A DNA stretch of 38,039 nt from Candidatus Bilamarchaeaceae archaeon. GTDB taxonomy: Archaea; Micrarchaeota; Micrarchaeia; Anstonellales; Bilamarchaeaceae. Both the position numbers and the translations under genes were made by a program. Positions 18,473 to 28,672 of this stretch are shown here, in pieces; within the stretch, counting starts at the first letter, position 1, and every line of letters starts with the position of its first letter. The notes under the pieces are model-generated. The model did no database searches, was not told the origin of the DNA, and saw nothing but the letters and a program-made list of their open reading frames with translations. The stretch covers positions 69,204 to 107,242 of the forward strand of contig JAVZJR010000003.1 in the NCBI GenBank assembly GCA_038870635.1. The letters run 5' to 3'.

Positions 18473-19126
18473 CTAAAGTTTTTTCCAACCATTTTTTGTA
18501 CCTATTATTATTTCGTCAAATTTAGTGAATATGCCATTTTCTATTATCCCTGGGATATTCTTTAGCTTGTTTTCCATTTCTTTTGGATTTTCTACGCGCA
18601 TGTGCATATCTATTATGAAACTTCCATTATCACTTATGACCGGCCCAAGCTTTTTCACTGCCATTCTTATAACTGGGTTATGCTGTTTAAGGGTTTTTAA
18701 GACAAAAGGAGCAGCAAAAGGCAGCACTTCAAGCGCTACATTTCCTTCTAAAACATCTTGTACTTTGCTTTCATCTGCTATAACTATGAATTTTTTTGCG
18801 TTATAATCTATTATTTTCTCTCTTGTCAGCGCTCCGCCACCTCCTTTTAACAATGCTTTTTTTGTAACCTTATCCGCTCCGTCTACTGCTAAATCAATTT
18901 CGCTTATTGCATCAGGTTCAGTAACCCATAAACCATGCTCTATCGCAAGGAGGCGGGTATCGGTGGATGTTGTTACACAGCAAATGCTGAGTTTTTCTTT
19001 TTTTACTTTTTCTGCAAGCAGTTTTATAAACTCTCGAACAGTAGAGCCGCTACCAAGTCCTATGCACATTCCATTTCTTACATATGAGAGCGCCCCAAGC
19101 GCTGCATTCTTTTTTACATCGTCCAT
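18473..19126 (-). CDS. rpiA: Ribose-5-phosphate isomerase A
   Basis: GLGSGST, AVDGAD, KGGGGALTREK and SDNG motifs. Confidence 0.97.
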   Translation of the reverse strand: MDDVKKNAALGALSYVRNGMCIGLGSGSTVREFIKLLAEKVKKEKLSICCVTTSTDTRLLAIEHGLWVTEPDAISEIDLAVDGADKVTKKALLKGGGGALTREKIIDYNAKKFIVIADESKVQDVLEGNVALEVLPFAAPFVLKTLKQHNPVIRMAVKKLGPVISDNGSFIIDMHMRVENPKEMENKLKNIPGIIENGIFTKFDEIIIGTKNGWKKL

Positions 19127-19134
19127 CTATGCAC

Positions 19135-19353
19135 CTATTTTCCTTTCATAAATTTAAGTTGGCCATTTTCGTGTGAAAGCACTTCAAGAACCTTTCCATT
19201 CATGTCTGCGATTGATATTTCAACAAGATTGTCTCCTACTCTAAAAGTTAATATCCTTGGTTGCTTATTAAGCCAGACAACCATGCTGTATATCTTTGTT
19301 TTTTCATCATAAGCATACTTTATACTTGCATTTGCAAAAAGGTCTTTTTTCAT
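19135..19353 (-). CDS. Small hypothetical protein
   Basis: 72 aa beta-rich ORF; AGGTG RBS; tightly packed upstream of rpiA. Confidence 0.65.
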   Translation of the reverse strand: MKKDLFANASIKYAYDEKTKIYSMVVWLNKQPRILTFRVGDNLVEISIADMNGKVLEVLSHENGQLKFMKGK

Positions 19354-19361
19354 GTTTACAC

Positions 19362-19604
19362 CTAAGCAAATAATAATTTCCTTATCTCAGAACCTTCTGG
19401 TAATATGTTTTCTGCTCCACATTGGCTTAAATAATTAGTTATCGCTTCTGCTGTTTTAATTCCATTTTTTCTAATTTCTTCAGCTGTTTTTTTAGCTTCT
19501 GGCACTACTTTACTTGGAGTTAAATGGGGGACGCTTACAACAACAATCGGTTTTCCCTTTTCTCCCTCTCCTTCCTCTACTCTTTCTGCTGTTTTAATCA
19601 CCAT
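19362..19604 (-). CDS. Small hypothetical protein
   Basis: 80 aa; GGTGA RBS; first gene of the putative rpiA operon. Confidence 0.65.
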   Translation of the reverse strand: MVIKTAERVEEGEGEKGKPIVVVSVPHLTPSKVVPEAKKTAEEIRKNGIKTAEAITNYLSQCGAENILPEGSEIRKLLFA

Positions 19605-19674
19605 TTTTTCACCATATTAATTAGGGTAACAGAAGGATTTAATTCTTTTGTTTTGATTAAACAATGGTGGTGCT

Positions 19675-20205
19675 ATGAGAAAGGTGCTTATGATAATCGC
19701 ACCAGAGAATTTTAGAGATGAGGAACTTCTCGAGCCAAAATCTTATTTTGAGAGTAAAGGTTATTCAGTTAAAATTGCAAGCACGAGAAAGGGAGAGTGT
19801 AAGGGTATGCTTGGAGCACAGGTAAAAGCAGAGCTTGCCCTTAATGATATAAAAACTAACGACTACGATGTAATAATTTTTGTTGGTGGTGCTGGAACAC
19901 CTTTAGTAAGAAAAGAGAAAAAGGCAGAAGAAATAGCAAAAGAAGCAGTTGAAAATGGAAAAGTGGTAGCTGCGATATGTTGGGCGCCAACCATACTCGC
20001 GAAAGCAGGTGTTCTTAGAGGTAAGATGGCAACAGTTTGGGCAGGACCAGATAGTGAGTTTGGGATGATGACAACAGATTACCTTAAAAAAGAAGGTGCG
20101 CTCTATCAAAAACAACCAGTTGTTGTTGATGGTAAAATAATAACAGCTGAAGGTCCGCACGCAGCAAAAAAATTTGCAGAAGAAATAGCAAAACTTCTCG
20201 GTTAG
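19675..20205 (+). CDS. DJ-1/PfpI family protein
   Basis: NFRDEE, FVGGAG, AICWAP nucleophile elbow and DGKIITAEGP motifs. Confidence 0.93.
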   Translation: MRKVLMIIAPENFRDEELLEPKSYFESKGYSVKIASTRKGECKGMLGAQVKAELALNDIKTNDYDVIIFVGGAGTPLVRKEKKAEEIAKEAVENGKVVAAICWAPTILAKAGVLRGKMATVWAGPDSEFGMMTTDYLKKEGALYQKQPVVVDGKIITAEGPHAAKKFAEEIAKLLG

Positions 20206-20975
20206 AACTTTTCATTAAGATAATCAACTGCATTCTTGAAAAATCTTATCCCCATCGCTTCTTTTACTATCCCTAGCGGCCAGTACGGGCAGTTTTGTGG
20301 AATGTTAAATGCTTCTGGATGAGGCATAAGGCCGAATACTCTTCCACTTTTATCACACAAACCTGCGATGGCGTCTATCGAGCCATTAGGGTTGTAAGGA
20401 TATTCCACAGTTGGCTCTCCCTTGGGCCCAACATACTGTAAAGCAACTAAGTTGTTTTCCCAAATTTCTTTTCTTGTTTCTTCATTAGCTATTAGTTTTC
20501 CCTCTCCATGCCGCACAGGAAGCATTAGGTAATCCATTCCTTTTGTAAAAATACAGGGCGAGTTTTGATTTACCTTTAAAAAAACCCATCGGTCTTCAAA
20601 CCTTCCAGAGTCATTTGTGGTAAGTGTTACTCTTTGCTTAAAATCAGGGTATGGAAGAAACCCCACCTTTACAAGAACTTGGAATCCGTTGCATACTCCT
20701 ATTATTAGCTTTCCTGCATTGTAAAAATCCAATATCTTGTCACCCAGCTTGTTCTTAATCTTATTTCCAAGTACTTTTCCTGAGCCTAAATCATCACCAT
20801 AAGAAAAACCACCAGCTATAAAAAAAAGATTGTATTCCTCAAGCAATTGGGGATTCTCAATGAGTTTGTTGACATGGATTATGTCAGCTTTTCCACCTGC
20901 CTTCTCAAATGCATACTTACTCTCGTTTTCACAATTTATGCCGTAGCCAGTAAGCACAAGTGCCCTTGCTTTCAT
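20202..20975 (-). CDS. purQ: Phosphoribosylformylglycinamidine synthase glutaminase subunit
   Basis: GYGINCE, GGFSYGD, GVCNGFQ, HGEG, NPNGS and MPHPE motifs. Confidence 0.96.
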   Translation of the reverse strand: MKARALVLTGYGINCENESKYAFEKAGGKADIIHVNKLIENPQLLEEYNLFFIAGGFSYGDDLGSGKVLGNKIKNKLGDKILDFYNAGKLIIGVCNGFQVLVKVGFLPYPDFKQRVTLTTNDSGRFEDRWVFLKVNQNSPCIFTKGMDYLMLPVRHGEGKLIANEETRKEIWENNLVALQYVGPKGEPTVEYPYNPNGSIDAIAGLCDKSGRVFGLMPHPEAFNIPQNCPYWPLGIVKEAMGIRFFKNAVDYLNEKF

Positions 20976-21015
20976 AATTTTATTATCCCTCTTATATTTT
21001 TAAACTGGTGGCTCT

Positions 21016-22038
21016 TTATTGCATGCTTGATATAGCAGTAGTCGTTGCATTCACTCCACTTGTGAGCTGCTGCGTTGATATTATAGCACGAATTGTCCCT
21101 TTTTTGTATGTTTCCCAATAATCTATTTTGTATTGATTAAGTAATATAAAGAAAGGTGTTCTTGTTTTTTCCCTCCCTTCTTCACAACCTTCTACTATAA
21201 CATTTTTTGGTTTTACTCCATCTAAGAAAATACCAATCGCAGACGTACCTGCTCCAAGGCCATAATATGGAGCTTCCATGAAATCTGGCTTTAAGATTTT
21301 TTCTTTATATTTGTTTAATATATTTCCTTGGCCACCGCCTTTTACATTTGATAGTATAATTGTTTTCTTACCTCTATCTGTTAAAAGAAGGACGATTGCA
21401 TCGTTGTAGATATCTGCTGTTTTCTTTTCTGGATTAAGCACCTCCACTACAATTCCGTTTAGGTCGCGGTTATATCCTTGTGAAACCTCGATAGTTTTCT
21501 TTGCCTTTTGTTTTACAAAATCAACAGCTTCCTTATAGGAGGTTGTTGTCGCTTGCCCGCTCCACCAAAACTCTTCTATCTTAAATTCTTCTGCGATTTT
21601 TTGCATTCCACCATACTTTCCTTCATCTTCTGCTGTTGATACAAAAACTTCGATATCATCAACGCCTCGCGATTTTAAGAAATCAAAAACTCTTCCTACG
21701 CTGTTTGCTGAGCCTGCATCTATAAGCATATCAAAATCTTCTTTTTTAATAAGGATGGCGCTTGCTTGTTTGTTGTTTTCATAATCGCATGCATCTATAA
21801 AATATATTCCAAGATTGGCCATAGGCTCATACCTATAAGTTAATCCTTCTTTTTCTGGTGGTTTTTCTTCCTCTTCCTCGCTTTTATTTGTTATGATGGT
21901 GGCATTTTTTTGTGGTTCTACTTTTATTACTACTGTAGTTTTATTTGTTACATTATGTGTGATTGGTTTCTCTCCAAAATCAATACAACCAAAAATCAAA
22001 AGCAAAACAAAAAAAGAAGCCAAAAACAATTTCTTCAA
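21016..22038 (-). CDS. Lipoprotein with degenerate ComEC-type metallo-beta-lactamase fold
   Basis: LIFGC lipobox-like signal; AILIK..MLIDAG intact, but HxHxDH replaced by STAEDEGKYGG and GHHG by PYYG. Confidence 0.7.
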   Translation of the reverse strand: MKKLFLASFFVLLLIFGCIDFGEKPITHNVTNKTTVVIKVEPQKNATIITNKSEEEEEKPPEKEGLTYRYEPMANLGIYFIDACDYENNKQASAILIKKEDFDMLIDAGSANSVGRVFDFLKSRGVDDIEVFVSTAEDEGKYGGMQKIAEEFKIEEFWWSGQATTTSYKEAVDFVKQKAKKTIEVSQGYNRDLNGIVVEVLNPEKKTADIYNDAIVLLLTDRGKKTIILSNVKGGGQGNILNKYKEKILKPDFMEAPYYGLGAGTSAIGIFLDGVKPKNVIVEGCEEGREKTRTPFFILLNQYKIDYWETYKKGTIRAIISTQQLTSGVNATTTAISSMQ

Positions 22039-23504
22039 ACAATCACCTTTTTACTTTCTTTATTCTTTTTTATTTTTTCCAAGATGTTTTCTATTTTAAC
22101 TCTTTCCTGTTTTCCGTCATTTCTATATCTTATTGTTACACTGTTATCATTTAGAGTATCGTAATCAATAGTTACGGCGTAAGGAACCCCAATTTCATCT
22201 GCTCTTGCATATCTTTTTCCTATACTGCCACTTTCGCTGTAAAGCACATTTAACTCTTTTCTTAAAAGATTTGTAATTTCTTTTGCTTTTTCGTCTAATC
22301 CATCTTTTTTCATTAATGGATAAACTGCTACATCATATGGCGCTATTATTGGAGGAAGGTCAAACCACTCCCATTGTTTTTCAGCGCTTGCCTCTCTAAA
22401 ACAATGCTCAAGCAAGCAGAAAAATAGCCTATCAACACCTAAAGATGCTTCAAAGACGTGTGGGATAAATTTTCTTCCATCAAGCGTAACAGTGAAATTC
22501 TCTCCACTGTATTTGGCATGTTGAGAAAGGTCAAAATCCGTTCTATACGCATTCCCAATTGTCTCTATTATTCCGAAAGATGTTTCTACTTCCATATCTA
22601 TGTTTCTTTTTGAGTAATGCGGCGTTTCATCATCACCTAATACACGAAAATACATCCTCTGCTCATCAATACCTACTTTTTTGTAGAATTCCCATTCCTT
22701 TACCAAGAAATAAGCAAATATTTCGTTTGGAACTATCCCTGTTTTTATACTCTCATCTGCAGTAAGCGTTTTTATCTCACCATTTATCTTAAACCTCATG
22801 GTGTAATCTGTAATTTTGCTAAATTTTTCTATGTTTGGCTTTTGTGGATCAAAAAAATATTCTAACTCCATTTGTGTGAATTCACGCATTCTCACAAGAC
22901 CTTTGCGTGGTGATATCTCATTTCTAAAACTTTTTCCTACCTGCCCTATTGCAAGTGGCAATTGCGTTCCGTGATTTCTAAATAAGCGTGGAAATGCAGT
23001 GAATATTCCTTGCGCAGTTTCTGGGCGGCAATACGCTGGTGCGCGTTCCCCTCCCATACCTGTTGCAAACATTAAGTTAAACCTCGCGGCATTGTTAAAA
23101 TCTCCTCCGCATTTAGGACATTTAAGCTTGTGTTCATCTCGTTTTCTATCAAGTTCTGCAAGTTCTTTTCCATCCCACATATATCCTTCTACTTTATCTG
23201 AGATAAATGAATCGGCACGAACTTTTGTATGGCATTTTTGACATTCAAATATTGGGTCAGTAAAACTGTCTACATGGCCAGATGCTTTTAATACTATTTC
23301 AGGAGTTATTATTGCACTTTGAACTTCAAGATATCCCTCTTCGTGTATAAACATTTTTCTCCAAAGTTCTTCTATCCTATACTTTATCTGTGAGCCTACA
23401 GGTCCATAATCATAAAATCCACTAACAGAGCCATAGGGCTCATTACTCGGATAAAAAAAAGATCGTTTTAACGCTAAGTCAAATATTTTTTCATGAAGTT
23501 TCAT
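22035..23504 (-). CDS. glyS: Glycine--tRNA ligase (alpha2, archaeal/eukaryotic type)
   Basis: YDYGPVG, ASGHV, RPETAQG, SFRNEISPR, REFTQMELE and IGKRYARADEIG motifs. Confidence 0.98.
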   Translation of the reverse strand: MKLHEKIFDLALKRSFFYPSNEPYGSVSGFYDYGPVGSQIKYRIEELWRKMFIHEEGYLEVQSAIITPEIVLKASGHVDSFTDPIFECQKCHTKVRADSFISDKVEGYMWDGKELAELDRKRDEHKLKCPKCGGDFNNAARFNLMFATGMGGERAPAYCRPETAQGIFTAFPRLFRNHGTQLPLAIGQVGKSFRNEISPRKGLVRMREFTQMELEYFFDPQKPNIEKFSKITDYTMRFKINGEIKTLTADESIKTGIVPNEIFAYFLVKEWEFYKKVGIDEQRMYFRVLGDDETPHYSKRNIDMEVETSFGIIETIGNAYRTDFDLSQHAKYSGENFTVTLDGRKFIPHVFEASLGVDRLFFCLLEHCFREASAEKQWEWFDLPPIIAPYDVAVYPLMKKDGLDEKAKEITNLLRKELNVLYSESGSIGKRYARADEIGVPYAVTIDYDTLNDNSVTIRYRNDGKQERVKIENILEKIKKNKESKKVIV

Positions 23505-23581
23505 AAAAAATTTTAAGTTGGCGAAGCTTTAAAATTCCTCTCTATTTCTTTTTATATAAATTTTTAGGCAGGAGGAGCGTT

Positions 23582-24241
23582 ATGAAGTTCTTTATTGATA
23601 GTGCGGATGTTGAGGAGATAAAAAAAGCAGTAGAGCTTGGGATGTGTGACGGCGTCACAACAAATCCAACTTTAATAATGAAGGCGGGGAGAGAGCAAGA
23701 AGAGGTTATCAAAGAGATTGCTAAAATAGTAAAAGGACCGATAAGTGTTGAAGCAATAAGTGATGATGCAGATGGAATGGTAAGAGAAGGTGAAAGATTT
23801 GCAAAATGGGCGCCAAACGTAGTTATAAAAGTTCCAATGACAAAAGAGGGCCTAAAAGCAGTACGTCTTCTTGCAAAGAAAAAAATAAAATGCAATGTCA
23901 CTCTTGTTTTTTCAGCTGCGCAAGCTTTGTTGGCTGCTAAGGCAGGTGCTGCTTTTGTTTCTCCTTTTGTTGGAAGGTTGGATGATATTGGCCAGAATGG
24001 GATGGACCTTATTAGAGATATAATGGATATCTATAAAAATTATCCTTTTAAGACAGAAGTTATAGTTGCATCTGTACGCTCTGTTAAGCATGTTGAAGAA
24101 GCAGCAAAGGCAGGAGCACACATTGCCACAATCCCACCAAGAGTATACGAAGAATTATGGAAGCACGAGCTTACTGATAAAGGCATAGAACTTTTCAAAA
24201 AAGACCACGAGGAGTACTTAAAAAAGATTGGAAGGATTTAG
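23582..24241 (+). CDS. tal: Transaldolase (TalC/FSA-like family)
   Basis: GVTTNPT, Schiff-base Lys in [17 protein letters not shown]; Glu in ISVEA and Phe in SPF match transaldolase rather than FSA. Confidence 0.9.
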   Translation: MKFFIDSADVEEIKKAVELGMCDGVTTNPTLIMKAGREQEEVIKEIAKIVKGPISVEAISDDADGMVREGERFAKWAPNVVIKVPMTKEGLKAVRLLAKKKIKCNVTLVFSAAQALLAAKAGAAFVSPFVGRLDDIGQNGMDLIRDIMDIYKNYPFKTEVIVASVRSVKHVEEAAKAGAHIATIPPRVYEELWKHELTDKGIELFKKDHEEYLKKIGRI

Positions 24242-26652
24242 ATATTTCCATCTTCGCTCTTTTTTGTTTCTTCTGTTATAACTGCAAAACTTGACACTTT
24301 TTCGTCTTCTTCAAGTCGTATTATGCGCACACCTTGGGTGTTTCTTCCAACAAGTGAAATCTCGCTTACTGGTACTCTTATACTTTTTCCTTTTGATCCG
24401 ATTACTATTACTTCGTCTTTTTCTCCAACCGCAGCTATCCCGACAACATCACCATTTCTGCCTTCTGTTTTTATGTTTATCACACCATATCCTCCGCGCC
24501 CTTGAAGACGGTATTCAGAGACCTCTGTTCTTTTTCCATACCCGTTTTCACATATTGTGAGTATGGCCGGCTTTCTGCACGCTGTCGCACCTATAACATA
24601 ATCACTTTCGTTCAACCGTATGCCTATCACGCCTTGTGCTGTTCTTCCTATTTCTCTTGCTTCATTTTCATCAAACTTTATTGCTTGGCCCTTTTTCGTT
24701 CCTATAAATATGTGATCATTTCCATTTGTTTTTATGACATCTATCAGTTGATCGCCTTCTTTCAGCGTTATGGCTATTATTCCTCCTTTTCTTGGTTTAT
24801 TGAAATTTGAAAGCGATGTTCTCTTGACTATACCATTTTTGGTTATCATGAAGAGGTATTCGTTTTCAGCAAAAGACGATACACTTATCCATGCAGTTAC
24901 TTTTTCGTCTTTGAGGTCTAAAAGATTAACAATAGACCGACCGATGGCATATCTGTTTGTTTCTGGTATTTGGTAAACTTTAAGCCAATGCATTCTTCCT
25001 TTATTTGTAAATATCAACAAATAATCGTGTGTTTTTGTTACAATTATGTCCTTCACGAAATCATTTTCATGCGTTTCTGCAGCAATTATTCCTTTCCCTC
25101 CTCTTCCCTGTAATCTATACTCGTTTATATCCACTCTTTTTATGTAGCCGTTGTTTGTAATACTTACCACCACGTCTTTATTTGGTATGAGGGATTCATC
25201 AGTGATTTCTTCGTACACATCAATTATTTCTGTTTTTCTTTCATCGCCATATTTTTCCTTTATCTCTAAGAGTTCCTTCTTTATAATATCTAAAATTTTC
25301 TTTATATCTGAGAGTACTTCTTTTAACCATCTTATCTTTTCCTGTAATTCCTTATACTCATTTTCTATTTTCTCTCTTTCAAGAGAAACTATCTTGGATA
25401 TCTTCATATCTAATATTGCAAGTGCTTGCTTCTCGCTTAATGAGTATGTTGTCATTAACTGGTCTTTTGCCGTTTGCGTATCCTTTGCGCTTTTTAATAG
25501 TGCAACGACGTTGTCTATATTCTCTAATGCAATCCTTAGTCCTTGTAGTATATGCGCGCGGTTTTCTGCTTCTTCCAGCTCAAACAAACAACGTTTTCTA
25601 ACTATCTCTTTTCTGAATTCTACAAATTCTTTTATCATTTCATATAGCGTTAGAAGTTTTGGCTTGTTTTTTACTATGGCCAGCATTATCACGCCCATCG
25701 CTGTTTCTAGTAGTGTATGTGCGTACAATTGATTTAGTACTACTTCTGGAGTAGCATCTCTTTTCAGCTCTATGACAAGTGCAAGGCCTTGTTTGTCTGA
25801 GTGGTCATGTACTCCAGCAATACCTTCGACTTTTTTATTCTTTACAGCCTCAACTATGCTCTCTATGATTGCAGTCTTAGTTATTTGATATGGTATCTCT
25901 GTTATCGTTATTTTTCTTTCTTCTATTTCTGCTTTTGCTCGTATTTTTATAGAACCTTTTCCTGTCTTGAAGTATTCCATTATTCCTTTTTTTCCAATTA
26001 CTGTTGCTCCTGTTGGAAAATCAGGACCTTTTATAAATGATAAAACCTCATCTTCGCTTTTTTCGTCTATTAAAGCTATTGCTGCGTCTATCATTTCGTT
26101 TAGGTTATGGGGCGGTATGTTTGTCGCCATTCCAACTGCTATGCCTGAAGAGCCGTTTATTAGTAAGTTTGGTATTTTGGCAGGTAGTACCACGGGTTCT
26201 TTTACTGTACCGTCGAAATTGTCAATAAAATCAATGGTGTTTTTCTCTATATCAGCGAGCATTTCGTCTGCTATTTTTGCCATCCTTACTTCGGTGTATC
26301 TCATAGCCGCAGCAGCATCACCATCTATGCTACCCATATTTCCATGACCATCTACTAATGGATAACGAAGAGAAAAATCTTGCGCCATTCTTACCAGAGT
26401 ATCATAAATTGCCATGTCACCGTGTGGATGGAATTTACCTAAACAATCACCAACCACTCTTGCGCTTTTCTTATGTGGTTTATCATAAGTGTTGTTTAAT
26501 TGATACATTGTATATAGTATTCTTCTGTGTACTGGTTTAAGACCATCGCGCACATCTGGTATTGCTCTTCCTATTATTACACTCATTGCATAGTCAACAT
26601 AAGATTCTTTCATATCTTCTTCAATTGAACGAGGAATTATGATTTCTACCAT
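24238..26652 (-). CDS. gyrA: DNA gyrase subunit A
   Basis: [15 protein letters not shown], catalytic AAMRYTE and GyrA box QGRGGKG; beta-pinwheel CTD. Confidence 0.98.
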   Translation of the reverse strand: MVEIIIPRSIEEDMKESYVDYAMSVIIGRAIPDVRDGLKPVHRRILYTMYQLNNTYDKPHKKSARVVGDCLGKFHPHGDMAIYDTLVRMAQDFSLRYPLVDGHGNMGSIDGDAAAAMRYTEVRMAKIADEMLADIEKNTIDFIDNFDGTVKEPVVLPAKIPNLLINGSSGIAVGMATNIPPHNLNEMIDAAIALIDEKSEDEVLSFIKGPDFPTGATVIGKKGIMEYFKTGKGSIKIRAKAEIEERKITITEIPYQITKTAIIESIVEAVKNKKVEGIAGVHDHSDKQGLALVIELKRDATPEVVLNQLYAHTLLETAMGVIMLAIVKNKPKLLTLYEMIKEFVEFRKEIVRKRCLFELEEAENRAHILQGLRIALENIDNVVALLKSAKDTQTAKDQLMTTYSLSEKQALAILDMKISKIVSLEREKIENEYKELQEKIRWLKEVLSDIKKILDIIKKELLEIKEKYGDERKTEIIDVYEEITDESLIPNKDVVVSITNNGYIKRVDINEYRLQGRGGKGIIAAETHENDFVKDIIVTKTHDYLLIFTNKGRMHWLKVYQIPETNRYAIGRSIVNLLDLKDEKVTAWISVSSFAENEYLFMITKNGIVKRTSLSNFNKPRKGGIIAITLKEGDQLIDVIKTNGNDHIFIGTKKGQAIKFDENEAREIGRTAQGVIGIRLNESDYVIGATACRKPAILTICENGYGKRTEVSEYRLQGRGGYGVINIKTEGRNGDVVGIAAVGEKDEVIVIGSKGKSIRVPVSEISLVGRNTQGVRIIRLEEDEKVSSFAVITEETKKSEDGNI

Positions 26653-26660
26653 AAATTCAC

Positions 26661-28550
26661 CTATATGTCTAAATTCCTTACCTCTACTGCGTGTTTTTCT
26701 ATGAATTCTCTTCTTGGTTCTACTTCTTCACCCATTAGTACCCTAAATATTTCATCAGCAAGCATCGCATCCTTTATTGTTACCTTTTTCAGTGTTCTTC
26801 TTTCAGGGTCCATTGTTGTTTCCCAAAGTTGTTCTGGATTCATCTCACCTAGACCTTTGTATCGTTGTATTTCAGCACCTTTCATATCTTCATTGAGCAT
26901 TTTCTTAAGTTCATCATCACTATAAGCATATCTCACTTCTTTACCTTTCTTTAATTTGTATAGTGGCGGCTGCGCTATATATAGATGACCTGTTTCTATT
27001 ATTGGTCTAAAGTATCTATAAAAGAGTGTAAGCAAAAGCGTTCTTATATGACTACCGTCTACATCTGCATCTGTCATTATTATTATCTTGTTGTATCTTA
27101 ACTTCTTTATGTCAAACTCATCTTTTATACCAGTTCCTAGCGCTATTGCTATTGCCTTTATCTCTTCGTTAGAAAGCGCTTTGTGAAGCGGTGCCTTTTC
27201 CACGTTTAAAATTTTTCCGCGCAATGGAAGTATTGCCTGATATCTTCTGTCTCTTCCTTGTTTTGCCGAACCACCTGCAGAATCACCTTCAACAAAATAC
27301 AATTCTGTTTTTTCCACATCTTTTTCAGTACAATCTGCTAATTTCCCAGGAAGCATGCTTGTTTCGAAAACATTTTTTCTTCTTATCAACTCCTTTGCTT
27401 TCTGTGCAGCTTCTCTTGCTTCCATAGATTTCATAACCTTTGCTGCGATTGCTCTTGCATCGTTTGGATTCTCCTCAAAATGACGCATAATTGTTTCGTA
27501 GACAAAACTATCTACAAGTCCTTTTATTTCGCTGTTGCCTAATTTTGTTTTAGTTTGTCCCTCGAATTGGGGCTCAGGAACTTTTACAGATATTATCGCA
27601 GTTAAGCCTTCAACAACATCTTCGCCTTTTAACTTGCTCTCTCCTTTAAGATATTTTTCCTTTGTGAGATATTCATTAGTTGCTCTGGTTATCGCAGTTT
27701 TATATCCACTTACATGCGTTCCGCCTTCAATTGTGTTTATGTTATTAACAAAAGAGTATATTGTTTCGCTATAACTTTCAGTGTACTGCATTGCGTATTC
27801 CATTTCTATATCGCCTTCTGTTTTTTTCGCATAGATAACTGGATGAAGTTTTGGTTTTGCTCTATTGATATGCTCAACAAACTGCTTTATTCCTCCTTCA
27901 TAATGATAATACTCTCGCTCTCCAACACGTTCATCTGTGAATAGTATGCTTATAGTGGGATTGAGAAACGCCAGTTCCATCAATCTTTCCTTAAGATAAT
28001 CAAAATCAAATTCCACACCGCCAAATATTTTAGGATCTGGTTTAAATCTAACTATGGTACCTCTTTTTTGGGTTTCTCCAACTACTTTAACCTCACAAGT
28101 TGGCTTTCCATACTCATAACTTTGAAAGTATACTTTTCCTCCTCGATGAACTTCAACTTCCATTCTTTCGCTCAATGCATTTACAACAGAAATACCAACA
28201 CCATGCAAGCCACCACTAACCTTGTAGGCTTTTTTCTCGAATTTCCCTCCTGCGTGCAGTATGGTAGTTACAACCTCCAGGGCAGATTTTCCACTTTCGT
28301 GCATTTCTGTAGGTATTCCCCTTCCATCATCTTTTACAGAAGCAGAACCATCTTTATGTATAATCACCTCAATGTTTTTCGCATAACCTGCTAAAGCTTC
28401 ATCTATGCTGTTATCAAGTACTTCAAAAAGCAAGTGATGGAATCCTCTTTTGTTTGTATCACCGATGTACATTGCTGGTCTTTTTCTAACCGCTTCTAAA
28501 CCTTCTAAAATCTGGATATCTTTAGCTGAGTACTCTTCTTCCACCGTCAT
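26661..28550 (-). CDS. gyrB: DNA gyrase subunit B
   Basis: VRKRPAMYIG, EVLDNSIDE, SGGLHGVG, EGDSAGG, PLRGKILN, DADVDG and YKGLGEM motifs. Confidence 0.98.
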   Translation of the reverse strand: MTVEEEYSAKDIQILEGLEAVRKRPAMYIGDTNKRGFHHLLFEVLDNSIDEALAGYAKNIEVIIHKDGSASVKDDGRGIPTEMHESGKSALEVVTTILHAGGKFEKKAYKVSGGLHGVGISVVNALSERMEVEVHRGGKVYFQSYEYGKPTCEVKVVGETQKRGTIVRFKPDPKIFGGVEFDFDYLKERLMELAFLNPTISILFTDERVGEREYYHYEGGIKQFVEHINRAKPKLHPVIYAKKTEGDIEMEYAMQYTESYSETIYSFVNNINTIEGGTHVSGYKTAITRATNEYLTKEKYLKGESKLKGEDVVEGLTAIISVKVPEPQFEGQTKTKLGNSEIKGLVDSFVYETIMRHFEENPNDARAIAAKVMKSMEAREAAQKAKELIRRKNVFETSMLPGKLADCTEKDVEKTELYFVEGDSAGGSAKQGRDRRYQAILPLRGKILNVEKAPLHKALSNEEIKAIAIALGTGIKDEFDIKKLRYNKIIIMTDADVDGSHIRTLLLTLFYRYFRPIIETGHLYIAQPPLYKLKKGKEVRYAYSDDELKKMLNEDMKGAEIQRYKGLGEMNPEQLWETTMDPERRTLKKVTIKDAMLADEIFRVLMGEEVEPRREFIEKHAVEVRNLDI

Positions 28551-28672
28551 AAAAATACCGTTTTTTTTTTGCTTTTTTGTGCACTAAAATTATTATTTCA
28601 AAGTGTTTTTAATTGCTTTCTCTTTATGGTAGACATTAGCACATTGTTTCTAACATTATTTTATGTTTGCAT

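Noticed and set aside
24470..25130. Two near-identical [11 protein letters not shown] motifs in the GyrA CTD
   Set aside because: GyrA-box-like motifs recur in the pinwheel blades of many GyrA proteins, and the DNA sequences are diverged
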